From positions 25,800 to 89,799 of the forward strand of contig JBDHWW010000006.1 in NCBI GenBank assembly GCA_039810425.1: a stretch of DNA of 64,000 bases, given 5' to 3'. Origin of the DNA: Pseudobdellovibrionaceae bacterium (GTDB lineage Bacteria > Bdellovibrionota > Bdellovibrionia > Bdellovibrionales > Bdellovibrionaceae). The translations under genes and the position numbers were made by a program. Shown here in pieces: positions 53,824 to 63,616 of this stretch (positions are counted from its first letter, which is position 1; the number at the start of each line of letters is the position of its first letter). The notes beneath the pieces are model-generated. The model ran no database searches and was not told the DNA's origin. It saw only the letters and a program-made list of their open reading frames with translations.

Positions 53824-54825
53824 ATGGGTAAAGGCGTGGTTATCCCTGAACACCAGATGATTCGCGTCAGTAAAGAGCTCTTTACTGACGGTTTGCCTTT
53901 GCCTTCTGAAGTGTTTACCCGCCTTCCTTCCGGGCAGTTTATTCTGGTCGGAAAAAAGGCCGATACCGGGAACCTGTCAAGTCTTCACCTTATGCAAGAT
54001 AAAAATGTCGATCTCTTTGTGCGCGAAGAGGACTACGCCAACGTCGTGAGCTTCAATGTTTCATTGATCGAGAAAACTCTAAAGAATGATGGCGTGAGTA
54101 TAAACTTGAAAATGAATCTTCTGAAAGGGGTGGCAGAGTCGACGATTTCTGAACTTACCAAGAAGGACTTGTATGTGGGATCTTATGATCGCTGCAAACA
54201 AATCGTGGGGTTTGTGCAAGAGACGGTGGCTCAAGTCAAAGACTTCGAGAGATTCCTGGACGTTTTTAGCAAGCTTCCTGGAGATATCGTCAGTCACTCT
54301 TTGGCGTCTTCCGTGGTGGCTTTGCTTATTTGCGAGCAGATGGATATTACAATGAAGAGCACGCTTGAGAAGGTAGTGATGGGTGCTTACCTGCATGACA
54401 TCGGCCTTAAGGAAATTCCCGCCGAAATTCTTTCAAAGCCCCGTTTGCAATGGACAGAGGCTGAAGTGACTTACTACGAGTCCCATACCTTGCGTGGGGT
54501 CGAGATTCTTCGCGACATTAAAGAGATTCCTTCAGATGTTTTGGCGATCGTGCTGGAACATCATGAAAATGCCTTGGGCCTCGGGTTTCCCCGCCGTATT
54601 CGTGATATCAAAATCAACCCTCTCGCGCGTATTGTTGCGGTAGCGGATTGTTTTGTGGACCTGCTGTATGAGACGGGGAAAGAAGGAACTCGGCGCACTC
54701 CGGAAGAGGCGGTTTCTTATATTGAAAATACCATGGGCCAGCCTTACAACAAGCCTGCATTCTTGGCTTTGAAAAAAGTGATTCATCAGGCTCACTTGCA
54801 AAAGAAGCTCAAAGGTTCAGTATAA
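53824..54825 (+). CDS. HD-GYP domain protein (putative c-di-NMP phosphodiesterase)
   Basis: SHS, LHDIG, HTLRG, HHE...G.GFP and ARIVAVAD motifs. Confidence 0.88.
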   Translation: MGKGVVIPEHQMIRVSKELFTDGLPLPSEVFTRLPSGQFILVGKKADTGNLSSLHLMQDKNVDLFVREEDYANVVSFNVSLIEKTLKNDGVSINLKMNLLKGVAESTISELTKKDLYVGSYDRCKQIVGFVQETVAQVKDFERFLDVFSKLPGDIVSHSLASSVVALLICEQMDITMKSTLEKVVMGAYLHDIGLKEIPAEILSKPRLQWTEAEVTYYESHTLRGVEILRDIKEIPSDVLAIVLEHHENALGLGFPRRIRDIKINPLARIVAVADCFVDLLYETGKEGTRRTPEEAVSYIENTMGQPYNKPAFLALKKVIHQAHLQKKLKGSV

Positions 54826-54931
54826 GTTTTCGTCACGCCCCTGTTTCTGTCGGTGAGCAATAGCCTTGTTTTTTTCTTAGATTCCATAAAGAATAAATAT
54901 ACCAATCACCTCGACTCCTTATGGAAGCCCA

Positions 54932-55642
54932 ATGAAGTTTTACTATCTGATTGCCGCTTACAATGAAGAATTGGTTTTAGAAGAAACCGTCCGCGAGCTT
55001 GAGTCGCTAGTTCAAAGATTTCCCGGATCCGAAGTTTTTTTGCTCGTAAACGGCAGCGGCGACAAGACATGGGAGATTGCCCAAAATCTCGCAAAAAAAT
55101 ATTCATGGGTTAAAAGTTTCCACGATAGTGAAAAAGGTATGGGAGTTGCTTATAGGCGGGGCCTGCGTGAACTTCAAAAGATGAGTATTGGCGGCGAGAG
55201 CTGGGCTGTGTTGACCGCATCGGACCTGCCATTTGGATTTAGTGACCTTGATTCCTTTGTTGGGCTGGGACCGGCGGCATGGAAAGAGAATTTACTTTTT
55301 ATTGGCAGTAAACGTCACCCAAAATCGAAGGTGCACCGAAATTGGAAACGTCGTTTAGGGTCCATGATTTTTGAACTGACTCGTTTGATCGTTCTGAAAA
55401 TTAGAACTAAAGACACGCAAGGGACCCTTTTCCTTAGGGGGGATCAGGTGTCGGTTGTTGAAAAGCTTCATTCTGATGACTACTTTGTGACTGTTGAAAT
55501 AGTCTATTTTTGCGAAAGAAAAGGGCGGGTGTTCGAGATGCCCGTGGATCTCAGGCCCGAAATCAGAAATTCTAAAATATCTATTTTTAAAGATGGTTAC
55601 AAGAGCCTGCGCCAAGTTGTTCAGTTTTGGCAGCGGCTTTAG
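54932..55642 (+). CDS. GT2 glycosyltransferase, polyprenol-phosphate sugar synthase-like
   Basis: IAAYNEE, NGSGDKT, KGMG.A, IGSKR and DTQG motifs. Confidence 0.8.
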   Translation: MKFYYLIAAYNEELVLEETVRELESLVQRFPGSEVFLLVNGSGDKTWEIAQNLAKKYSWVKSFHDSEKGMGVAYRRGLRELQKMSIGGESWAVLTASDLPFGFSDLDSFVGLGPAAWKENLLFIGSKRHPKSKVHRNWKRRLGSMIFELTRLIVLKIRTKDTQGTLFLRGDQVSVVEKLHSDDYFVTVEIVYFCERKGRVFEMPVDLRPEIRNSKISIFKDGYKSLRQVVQFWQRL

Positions 55643-57099
55643 TTCTGCGATAAATTTTTCCCTTCGACAATGAAAATCACCATTTCATTTCCAATGTGCA
55701 TCAGGGGCTTCATTGTTTGCGCCGCTTTCAAGTATTTTGGATCATTCATACTGAGCAGTACAAAGTGGGAGTTATATTTTTTCATGACTTGGAGTAGGCT
55801 CTCATAAGAGAGGTTTTTAAATTGGTATCCGCCGAGATCGTCAAAGCGTCGTTTCCATTCCTGAAAGGTGTCAGCTTGGTAGGGCAGAGCCTTGATGTCC
55901 GTAACCACGGCTCTTCTGGAGGCATGACGAAGCCAAATAATCAGGGGATCGGCAACAATAGTTTCTCCTGGGGGGACAAGGATTCTCAGTTTTTGTCCAA
56001 TGTCTTCCATCATAGGAATGGCTTTTGCTGAGTTCATGAGGGCGGGTTCTTCCCTGAGGACAGATGAGGAACTCGCGAAAATTCCAATAAGAGCCATGGC
56101 CATCAAAGATCTAAACGCCCAAAGTTGGATCTTATTTTCCTCTTTTTCAAAGAAAACCTGAATGAATCCGATCAGTGAAAAACACATCGCGTAGCCGGTA
56201 ATTCGGTGCATGAAGTATCTTCTGTAAAGGTCGGCAAGAAATGGAATATCTAGGTAATCCGCCAACGTTCCGAAAAAAGCGATGGCGGAAGTAACAAGAA
56301 TTAAGGCCGCAAAGGAATCGTTGGGCTTTTTCCAAAATCTGATGCCAAAAATGATTAAGGCGGCTCCCAGCGGAATCATTGGAATGAAAAGTTCAGAAGG
56401 CCACACATGCGCAAAACAATGTCCTTGAATATACTCCCGGCACATTTGGACGAAGACTCCGCCATCTTCCGTGAGGCCGCGCATTTTTGCCGCCACAAAC
56501 ACAATGATGAGATTTAGCACTCCTAAAAGAACTGCGGAGGCGCGGTCTTTGAGCCGTGGCATGCTGCCAAGGATAATGATGAGGGACACTAAGGCGCCAT
56601 GCTGCGTGTGAATCAAACTTGCCAGTGGGACCACGATCCAGAGCCAGAAATTCTTCTTCTCAAGCCAGAGGCCGCAAGCCAGTAAACCTAACGCGCCCCC
56701 GAGAAAATGAGGAAGTGGCCAAGACCCAACAAGTGGAATCGTACCGAGAATATGCAGGGGCTCTAGTACCAAAAGTAAAATGACCAAGGGAAGGAATTTT
56801 TCAATTTTCAGATGGCGACAGATTCGGAAAACCGCGACCAAAAATATGGCCATGGTGACAAGCCAATAGGCAAAATAAAACTCCCGGAGTAGGCCGAGGG
56901 ATTCTCCCCATTGAGTGAATAAATCAAAGTGCCAGTGGGGTTGGGGGGCTTGATGAACGAACCAGTCGTTCACAAAGGCTGTTGGATTTGCGTTAGCAAT
57001 CCCACGAAGGCTCAGAATCACAAGGTCGAGGTCACCGAAGTGATAGCCAAAGCGTAAAACTGGAATAACTAAAAGCAAAGCTATTGCTAGATAAATCAA
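55639..57099 (-). CDS. Multi-TM membrane protein (DUF6798/GT-C-like)
   Basis: FVNDWF near the N-terminus, many TMs, C-terminal RAVVTD.K..P.....EW..R..D. Confidence 0.6.
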   Translation of the reverse strand: MIYLAIALLLVIPVLRFGYHFGDLDLVILSLRGIANANPTAFVNDWFVHQAPQPHWHFDLFTQWGESLGLLREFYFAYWLVTMAIFLVAVFRICRHLKIEKFLPLVILLLVLEPLHILGTIPLVGSWPLPHFLGGALGLLACGLWLEKKNFWLWIVVPLASLIHTQHGALVSLIIILGSMPRLKDRASAVLLGVLNLIIVFVAAKMRGLTEDGGVFVQMCREYIQGHCFAHVWPSELFIPMIPLGAALIIFGIRFWKKPNDSFAALILVTSAIAFFGTLADYLDIPFLADLYRRYFMHRITGYAMCFSLIGFIQVFFEKEENKIQLWAFRSLMAMALIGIFASSSSVLREEPALMNSAKAIPMMEDIGQKLRILVPPGETIVADPLIIWLRHASRRAVVTDIKALPYQADTFQEWKRRFDDLGGYQFKNLSYESLLQVMKKYNSHFVLLSMNDPKYLKAAQTMKPLMHIGNEMVIFIVEGKNLSQN

Positions 57100-57240
57100 G
57101 AAGCCCCCTTTTCACTTAGGCTACAGAGGTGAGGGGCTTAGGTCAAACGGGGCCCTTGAGGTCTTAAGTCTTGAAGGTCTTATTCTAGACCTCACTTTTT
57201 ACAGGAGACTATGAGATAATATAGGCACCAAGGAGGACCT

Positions 57241-57852
57241 ATGAGTTCTTTCGTGCATCCGACAGCCGTTGTAGAGCCTGGTGCAAACATTGGAGAAGAC
57301 ACTAAGGTTTGGCATTTTGCGCATGTACGAAATGGAGCAGTGATTGGAAGTCATGTGTCTATTGCAAAAGATGTTTATATCGATGCAAATGTCACCATTG
57401 GTGAAGGATCAAGAATCCAAAACAGCGTGAATATTTATACCGGTGTTGAAATCTCCCGCTGGTGTTTTGTGGGACCAGCGGTTGTTTTTACGAACGATCA
57501 GCATCCCCGCATTGGCCGTAAAAGCTGGGAAGTAGTTCCCACTGTTCTAGAGGATTGTTGCTCCATCGGCGCAGGTGCGATTATACGTTGTGGCGTTCGA
57601 ATTGGCTCCTTTGCGATGGTTGGAGCAGGTGCTATTGTGACGAAAGATATTCCGCCTTTTTGTCTGGTAACCGGAGTCCCCGCGGACTTAAGCCATAGAA
57701 TCTGTGCCTGCGGCGATAAAACGCTTCCACTGATTTCTTGGGTCGATAATGTAATTCAAGATTGCTGTGAGCGAAATTTGGAACCTCATATTTTAGCCCT
57801 GGCGAGACAAGTTATTTTACAAACCAATATGAAGTCAGTTGTGAACGGTTGA
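57241..57852 (+). CDS. Hexapeptide-repeat sugar N-acetyltransferase (WbpD-like)
   Basis: FVHPTAVV, VWHFAHV, IQNSV, VFTND, GAGAIVTKD and GVPA; AAGGAGG RBS. Confidence 0.88.
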   Translation: MSSFVHPTAVVEPGANIGEDTKVWHFAHVRNGAVIGSHVSIAKDVYIDANVTIGEGSRIQNSVNIYTGVEISRWCFVGPAVVFTNDQHPRIGRKSWEVVPTVLEDCCSIGAGAIIRCGVRIGSFAMVGAGAIVTKDIPPFCLVTGVPADLSHRICACGDKTLPLISWVDNVIQDCCERNLEPHILALARQVILQTNMKSVVNG

Positions 57853-57862
57853 TCTTGATTCC

Positions 57863-59569
57863 ATGAAAACCCCCAATAAGAGTCTTGTCGTTTTATTTGT
57901 CGTTTTGCTTGCGGGTTTCATTCATACCTTTCCTCTCTGGAACTGGAAGGAAAATGTAGCTGGAGGATACGGGGATCCTCTTTCACATGCCACAATTGCT
58001 CAATGGTACTGTGGCCATGTGCTCAACGGAAATTTCCACTCAGATCGGTTTTTGGCGCCATTTGGCGCAGATATGTCTGGCACTTATGATAGTCCCTTTC
58101 CCTTTGCTTTGACCTGCGCGTTTAATAGCGCGGGAACAATTCTGCAGTTTCACCTATTCACGCTGTTTCAGATTTGGCTCATCCTCATAGGGGCGTGGCT
58201 CGTTGCGACCATTATTATAAAAGACCCGCTCAGGCAGCTTGCGTATATCCTTTTCGTTTGGTGGTGTGGTTTTTACGTCGCAAGGACTCATCAGCACATG
58301 ACGTTGCTTTCTTCGATTTGGGGAATTCAATTTGTTCTCTATGCAGTTTTAAATTTGGATATAGAACGGTTTAAAACCGTTCTTGTGGGAAGTGTTCTTT
58401 TGGGGTTAAGCTTTGTTGGAACCTTCCACAATATTCCCCTGTTAAGTGTTTTTACTCTTGTGCTTGGTGGTTACAAGTTATGGGAGCAGAGGAGGAAGCT
58501 CCATCGGAAAACACTGTTCTACCTTATCGCTGGATTTGCGGTCTCGCTGGGGATTTTTATAATCTTCTGGTGGCCAATGATTGCCTATACGCTGAAAAAC
58601 GGTTCTGTCTTGGTTGATTCCGACAGGCGAGCTTACAATTTGGATCTTTTAAGTCCCTTCATTCCTTTTGATGCCAGCTTGCTCTATCAATGGTGGGCGG
58701 ATCTGCCAAAACTTTCTTTTGAAAGGCAAAATTATTTTGATCCTCTGATTATAATCGTTTTCATATTTTCTCTTGGAAAACGCCAATTTTGGCGAGAGCC
58801 TTTCCGGGTTTTGTTACTGCTCGTCGCTCTTTTTTATTTTATCATTTCCTTAGGTCCCGAACTTCGCTTTAACGATGATGTGCTGGCCTATCTTGATTTT
58901 AACACGGAACTCTTTCGCTCGTTTCCCTTTCGAATTACGAGAACTCCGGCGCGTCTGGCGCTGGTTTCAAACATGTGCCTGATCTTCTCGGTATTTCTTT
59001 TTTTGGAAAAAGCAAAAGAGGGGGGCTGGAAGAAGTATTTTTCTTATTTTTTGGTGGCCTGGGCGATCTTTACCGGTCCCGTTTTGAATCAAATGTGGTT
59101 TTTTCCGACCCTTAAATATTTAGAAGTGTTTTCCATGGAGGCGCTTGGTCAGGTTCGAAATATGTCTGAAGAAACTATTGTGGTCCAAATTCCCACCGCT
59201 TGGGCCCAAGATCCTTCGCAAAATTTCCAGCAGATTTTTCACGATAAGAAAATCACTTCGGGGTATCTGGCCTATACGAACTATAACCAGGAGGTTCGGG
59301 AAAACTTTGCCAAAGAACCTTTCTTAGGACGCTTGGGATGTGACGGTGAGTGGACAGCTTTTGCGCCAACGCCCTTGATGAGCAACCCGGAAATGCTTCA
59401 GGCCTACATGAGGATGCACCGGTATGAAGTTATTATTGTAAATAAGCTTATTCTTTTACGGAACCCAGCTTGCGGCAAACTTACTTCGTGGCTCAAAGAT
59501 CTTGTAAAGCAGCCATGGGTTAAGGTTCTTTCTGAAAACAATGCCTATATTGTTCTCACGCTACTTTAA
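57863..59569 (+). CDS. Multi-TM membrane protein, GT-C/YfhO-like glycosyltransferase
   Basis: First-loop GDP, FLAPFG, SLGP, RTPAR and QIFH.K...GY motifs. Confidence 0.6.
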   Translation: MKTPNKSLVVLFVVLLAGFIHTFPLWNWKENVAGGYGDPLSHATIAQWYCGHVLNGNFHSDRFLAPFGADMSGTYDSPFPFALTCAFNSAGTILQFHLFTLFQIWLILIGAWLVATIIIKDPLRQLAYILFVWWCGFYVARTHQHMTLLSSIWGIQFVLYAVLNLDIERFKTVLVGSVLLGLSFVGTFHNIPLLSVFTLVLGGYKLWEQRRKLHRKTLFYLIAGFAVSLGIFIIFWWPMIAYTLKNGSVLVDSDRRAYNLDLLSPFIPFDASLLYQWWADLPKLSFERQNYFDPLIIIVFIFSLGKRQFWREPFRVLLLLVALFYFIISLGPELRFNDDVLAYLDFNTELFRSFPFRITRTPARLALVSNMCLIFSVFLFLEKAKEGGWKKYFSYFLVAWAIFTGPVLNQMWFFPTLKYLEVFSMEALGQVRNMSEETIVVQIPTAWAQDPSQNFQQIFHDKKITSGYLAYTNYNQEVRENFAKEPFLGRLGCDGEWTAFAPTPLMSNPEMLQAYMRMHRYEVIIVNKLILLRNPACGKLTSWLKDLVKQPWVKVLSENNAYIVLTLL

Positions 59570-59639
59570 GAGTGAGTCTCTTAGTCCAGATGAATTCCAG
59601 GCTCGTGACCAATCAAAACTGGCGGATATCCATCTTTAT

Positions 59640-61169
59640 CTAGTTACTCACAGAAAGCCCACTTAAATTAGAATGAACCTCTTTCTGAAGACCGTTGAGG
59701 GCCGTTGATCGGATCGTTAAAGTCGATTTTTTCATCGGCGCACCGGCGGGACGGCGGCGTGGGAGTGAAAACGTAAATGTCGTGCCACGGCCGAGCTGAC
59801 TTTGAACCTGCACGGTCCCGCCATGCGCCTCGACGATGGTTTTTACGATTGCTAGCCCGACGCCCGCGCCTTGGTCTGCGGTTTTGCGGGCTTGCCAGAA
59901 ATTATCGAAAATCCCTGGAATCTGATCAGAAGGAATGCCGGCGCCCGTATCGACAACAGAAATATTTACGAACTTCTGATCGCTGCGGACTTTCACCACG
60001 ACCTTGCTGCCCTTGGGGCTGAACTTAATCGAATTGCTGATAAGGTTTGCAAGCACACGAAGCACGCGCTCGCGGTCATAAAACGCAAGCACGGGTGGAT
60101 TTACGGTGTCCACCTGAATCCGCACGTCGCGTGCCTTCGCCAGAGGCTGCATCAAAAGACGAGCGGCCTCAAGCACATCGTCGATAGGCAATTGATCCAA
60201 GCGGAGAGTGATGCCTTCCATCTCGATGGCTTTTTGGTCGCGAATGTCTTTAATGAGGCCTTCAATCGTGGTGACCGTGGATTTAACAAGCTCGCCACTC
60301 TCTACAATATTCAGCCCCTGGGGAGTGGCGGTTAGGCGTTCTGCCGCAGTTGAGATCGTTTCAAGAGATTCTTTCAAATCATGAGAGATTGCAAAGATCG
60401 CTTCATCGCGGTCTTTCACGGCTTTCTTCGCTTCAGCATAGAGGCGTGTTCTCTCGGCCAACTGGGCCGCACGGCCGCGGGACTGGCGTATGATAATGGC
60501 CGCCATAGCAAGGAATATCCCGGCAAGCGCGATCGTCAACGACATCATGCCCCTTGGAATTTGCGATTCAACGCCGATAGCGGCTTCACGGGCTTCCGTC
60601 AAGTTACGGTCGATTTCCGCTTTATGGATTTTGACTATATCGTCAAACGCTTCGTTGATTTGCGTGCGTAAATGGTTGGTTTTCGACTGAAAAAACTGAC
60701 CGACAATTTTAGATTCGGTTTTCTTTTCACGGAAGGCCATCGCTTGGTCAAAGAACTCCTGGTTCTTTTGTTCTGCGTCACGAATGCGTTTAATAATATC
60801 GGAAACTTGTGGCAGACTGTGTTCTTTCTCGTATTTTGTGAGAGCCGCGACGAGATTTTCTTTTTCCTTTTTCTGCTTTTCAAAAATAGAGGGCGCGCCC
60901 AGCAAGAAAAAGGCCCGGCTATTGTCGATTTGCGAGTCGGCTAAATTGCGAAGTTGCTCGACTTCAACGAGTGCTCTCGGATCCGCAGAGGTCATCGCAT
61001 TGTTGGACGCCACGGTCTGTCTCAGCTTCATGGCGTAGCCCCAAGCGCTTAAAATTACAGCTGCAAAAATAACTGAAAGAACTCCAAGGGCCTTTTTTTC
61101 AAGCGTCCAGATAGTCGGTTTTTGATTCTTGTCCCTAATAATTTCTGTGTTGGTTTGACTGGTTTCCAT
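59640..61169 (-). CDS. Membrane sensor histidine kinase
   Basis: Two TMs around a helical sensor; SHDLK H-box; NLISNSIKF, DTGAGI, GAGVGL and GTTFTF. Confidence 0.92.
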   Translation of the reverse strand: METSQTNTEIIRDKNQKPTIWTLEKKALGVLSVIFAAVILSAWGYAMKLRQTVASNNAMTSADPRALVEVEQLRNLADSQIDNSRAFFLLGAPSIFEKQKKEKENLVAALTKYEKEHSLPQVSDIIKRIRDAEQKNQEFFDQAMAFREKKTESKIVGQFFQSKTNHLRTQINEAFDDIVKIHKAEIDRNLTEAREAAIGVESQIPRGMMSLTIALAGIFLAMAAIIIRQSRGRAAQLAERTRLYAEAKKAVKDRDEAIFAISHDLKESLETISTAAERLTATPQGLNIVESGELVKSTVTTIEGLIKDIRDQKAIEMEGITLRLDQLPIDDVLEAARLLMQPLAKARDVRIQVDTVNPPVLAFYDRERVLRVLANLISNSIKFSPKGSKVVVKVRSDQKFVNISVVDTGAGIPSDQIPGIFDNFWQARKTADQGAGVGLAIVKTIVEAHGGTVQVQSQLGRGTTFTFSLPRRRPAGAPMKKSTLTIRSTALNGLQKEVHSNLSGLSVSN

Positions 61170-61298
61170 ATCTTTTTATTAGCAACTGACAACAACATGG
61201 GCAACCCTGAAATTGTGAGATCAAAATGATCGCCTCTAGAGCGGGATTTTTTTAAATTCATTTGTAATTTGCGTGCTACGTTGTGATAATTTCGTCAT

Positions 61299-62303
61299 AT
61301 GACCATCTTCTCTAAGAGAGCCGAAGCTCTCTCAGGTATTTTAACAATCGCTTTTTTTGTCGCCATTGCGGCTGAGATTTTCAAGGTATGGAGCACGAGC
61401 TCCAAAGAATACCAATACGCTGATATTTTTTTTAATATGTTTCTGGGGAGTGCCTATCATATCGGTTTAACATTCATCACGCTTCTGGCAATCCCTGAAA
61501 TCAAAGATATGTACAAGCAGCGAAAGGTTTATAACTCCATTTGGTTTCAGGCTCTTTTGATGTTTTTTCTTTTTTTTATCACGAAATGGTTTTTCAATGC
61601 CCCCAAAGGCAGCTTTCTTTCAATCCTTGTGAATTTTAGTCTGGTTTTCTGGCCTATATATCACGCACTCCGCCAGAGGAATGGAATCAATATCCTTTAT
61701 AACAAAGCCATTGGTCTTTCGGAGAAGCAGGCCAACTTTGATAGATATATTTTTCACGTTCTAACGGCGATGGCGGCGCTTGAAAGTCTATTCGGTGTAT
61801 TGGTTCGGGAACGGGTTTTAGTGGGTGATCAGATTGCTTCGTCGCGGTTACTCGTACTCGTTCTTTCATGTCTTCCATGCTTGTTTCTTTTTAGGTCGGC
61901 CTCGGCTTTTAGGTATAAAAACTTGTTCCTCCTTAGACTTTTCTTTATTCCACTCGGTTTGTATTCGTCAGCCGCCTACCTTGCCAGCGCGACCTTTCAT
62001 GCATTTGAGTATATGATGGTTAGCGAGAAGATCCTTAAGAATTCGAAATGCTCAGCAAGACAATATTTCAATGGTTTTAGCGTGAGTTTAATTCTAGTGA
62101 TTGTGTTTTTCCGGCTATTTCAAGGTCGTTTTGGGTTGGCCGGTAATATATTTGCTGAATTGGATTATACATCAGTGTGGCAGAAAAATTTCCAATTTAT
62201 CAATGGTGGACTCATATACGCCCACATGTATCTTGATAGCTTGATGTTCAAAATGAAAGATCCAAAGACCCGAGAAGTTGTCGCTCCATTGCTTGCCTCT
62301 TAA
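61299..62303 (+). CDS. Hypothetical polytopic membrane protein
   Basis: Many TMs with spaced His motifs (YH..T, YHALRQ..GI, FH..EY, HMYLD). Confidence 0.65.
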   Translation: MTIFSKRAEALSGILTIAFFVAIAAEIFKVWSTSSKEYQYADIFFNMFLGSAYHIGLTFITLLAIPEIKDMYKQRKVYNSIWFQALLMFFLFFITKWFFNAPKGSFLSILVNFSLVFWPIYHALRQRNGINILYNKAIGLSEKQANFDRYIFHVLTAMAALESLFGVLVRERVLVGDQIASSRLLVLVLSCLPCLFLFRSASAFRYKNLFLLRLFFIPLGLYSSAAYLASATFHAFEYMMVSEKILKNSKCSARQYFNGFSVSLILVIVFFRLFQGRFGLAGNIFAELDYTSVWQKNFQFINGGLIYAHMYLDSLMFKMKDPKTREVVAPLLAS

Positions 62304-62395
62304 TAAGCGGGGTTCCGCGATAACGCCAAAAATTAAGATATAGAGTGCTTGGAAAAGAGGACACTCTGTGATTTAATTTTTCACCATGAGGTCCC

Positions 62396-62743
62396 ATGAA
62401 AAATGTTTTAGCTCTCAGTTTGAGTATTGTCGGTTTTCTGCCACTAGCGAATGCGGAGGCTTTAAAAACAGACACAGCAAAGAATCTTTCTAAATTTATG
62501 AAGCCTGCTATTGAGGCAAAAGACGCGCCAGCAACGTGTTGGTTTTTAGGGCAAGTTCAAGGATACGCGTTGGCCCTCAAGAACACCGGCGAAGCTAAGG
62601 CTGATAAAATTTTAGTCTTGGCAAGAGAAGGGGCGGGCAAGTGTGGCGGCAAAAACTCTTTAAACTTGAGCGAGACCTTCACCCAAGAAGAGTGGTCACG
62701 GCTGTCAGATCTCCAGAAAAAGATTGAGGCCTTAAGTCTTTAA
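62396..62743 (+). CDS. Secreted hypothetical protein
   Basis: GAGG RBS; signal peptide ending ANA; one Cys pair. Confidence 0.65.
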   Translation: MKNVLALSLSIVGFLPLANAEALKTDTAKNLSKFMKPAIEAKDAPATCWFLGQVQGYALALKNTGEAKADKILVLAREGAGKCGGKNSLNLSETFTQEEWSRLSDLQKKIEALSL

Positions 62744-62752
62744 ATAGAATAA

Positions 62753-62784
62753 AAGAGGCCTGTGTTTTTTGAACAAGGCCTCTT
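62753..62784. terminator. Hairpin, likely terminator
   Basis: AAGAGGCCT...AGGCCTCTT just after the stop codon. Confidence 0.55.
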
Positions 62785-63030
62785 AAACGAATCTAGTGAT
62801 GCAAATTTAATTTTAAATGGGTGATAAAATTCTAACATCTCGTATTCCAGACGTAGCTTTGGACGTCTGACGGGAGCTTAGCTGAATGGCATTAGAAACG
62901 CCTGTCACAAAGTTTGCCAAGGGTATTGAAAGAATTACCAAGCGGTAAGCGTCTATGGGTAATAGCGTGCATTAGAGGCGGCCCCCTTTTCGCAACAGAC
63001 AGCGGGAGTCAAAAACTTGGGAAGGTGACT

Positions 63031-63588
63031 ATGGCGAAAATATGGATAATGGCTTTTTCCTTGCTGGCTTTGAGTGGCGGGGCCTACGGAGCTCCTTATT
63101 ATGCGGGGATAGGCTGCAATGCCGAAGGCACACGTTGCACGTTTGGAAAGCCCTCTGAAAGAGTCCTGAACTGGAGTAAAAGGGGCACGGCGCAAGAAAT
63201 GGGCGACCGCTGTCAGAAATTTATCAATCAAATTGAAGCTCGTAAGAGCGAAATCGCCAAAGCAAGACCTGTGGTCATGAACTATAAGAACTTCACTTAT
63301 AGATACTCGCAAGATTTGGATGAAAATGGTCATGCAAAAATCGTCTGTCAGGTTGAGCTTCATTCAGAGATTCCCGACGTGAAGTTTGACAGCCAAAGCG
63401 TTAAACGCTTCTTTTGGGTTTGCCAAGAGAAAAACAGTCATGGTCCTTGCGCTCACGCCTGGAGCGAGTGTGAAGCGGCCCGCGACGAAGCCCTGCTCGA
63501 TAAAGATGTCTTAGATGCCACCATCTATGTCGACGCCTCGTTGCTGCAAGGGAATATGTGCGAGATTGCCACGGTCAAGTTTAAGTGA
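63031..63588 (+). CDS. Secreted Cys-rich hypothetical protein
   Basis: GAAGGTG RBS; signal peptide ending AYG; eight Cys in the mature part. Confidence 0.65.
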   Translation: MAKIWIMAFSLLALSGGAYGAPYYAGIGCNAEGTRCTFGKPSERVLNWSKRGTAQEMGDRCQKFINQIEARKSEIAKARPVVMNYKNFTYRYSQDLDENGHAKIVCQVELHSEIPDVKFDSQSVKRFFWVCQEKNSHGPCAHAWSECEAARDEALLDKDVLDATIYVDASLLQGNMCEIATVKFK

Positions 63589-63616
63589 AGCCTAAGGAAA
63601 AACAGTACACTTTAAA

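Noticed and set aside
62830..62897. attC-like hairpin (TTCTAAC...CAGACGT/ACGTCTG...CTGAATG-GC-ATTAGAA)
   Set aside because: Right core is ATT rather than GTT, the spacer is too short, and there is no second copy or integrase in the window.
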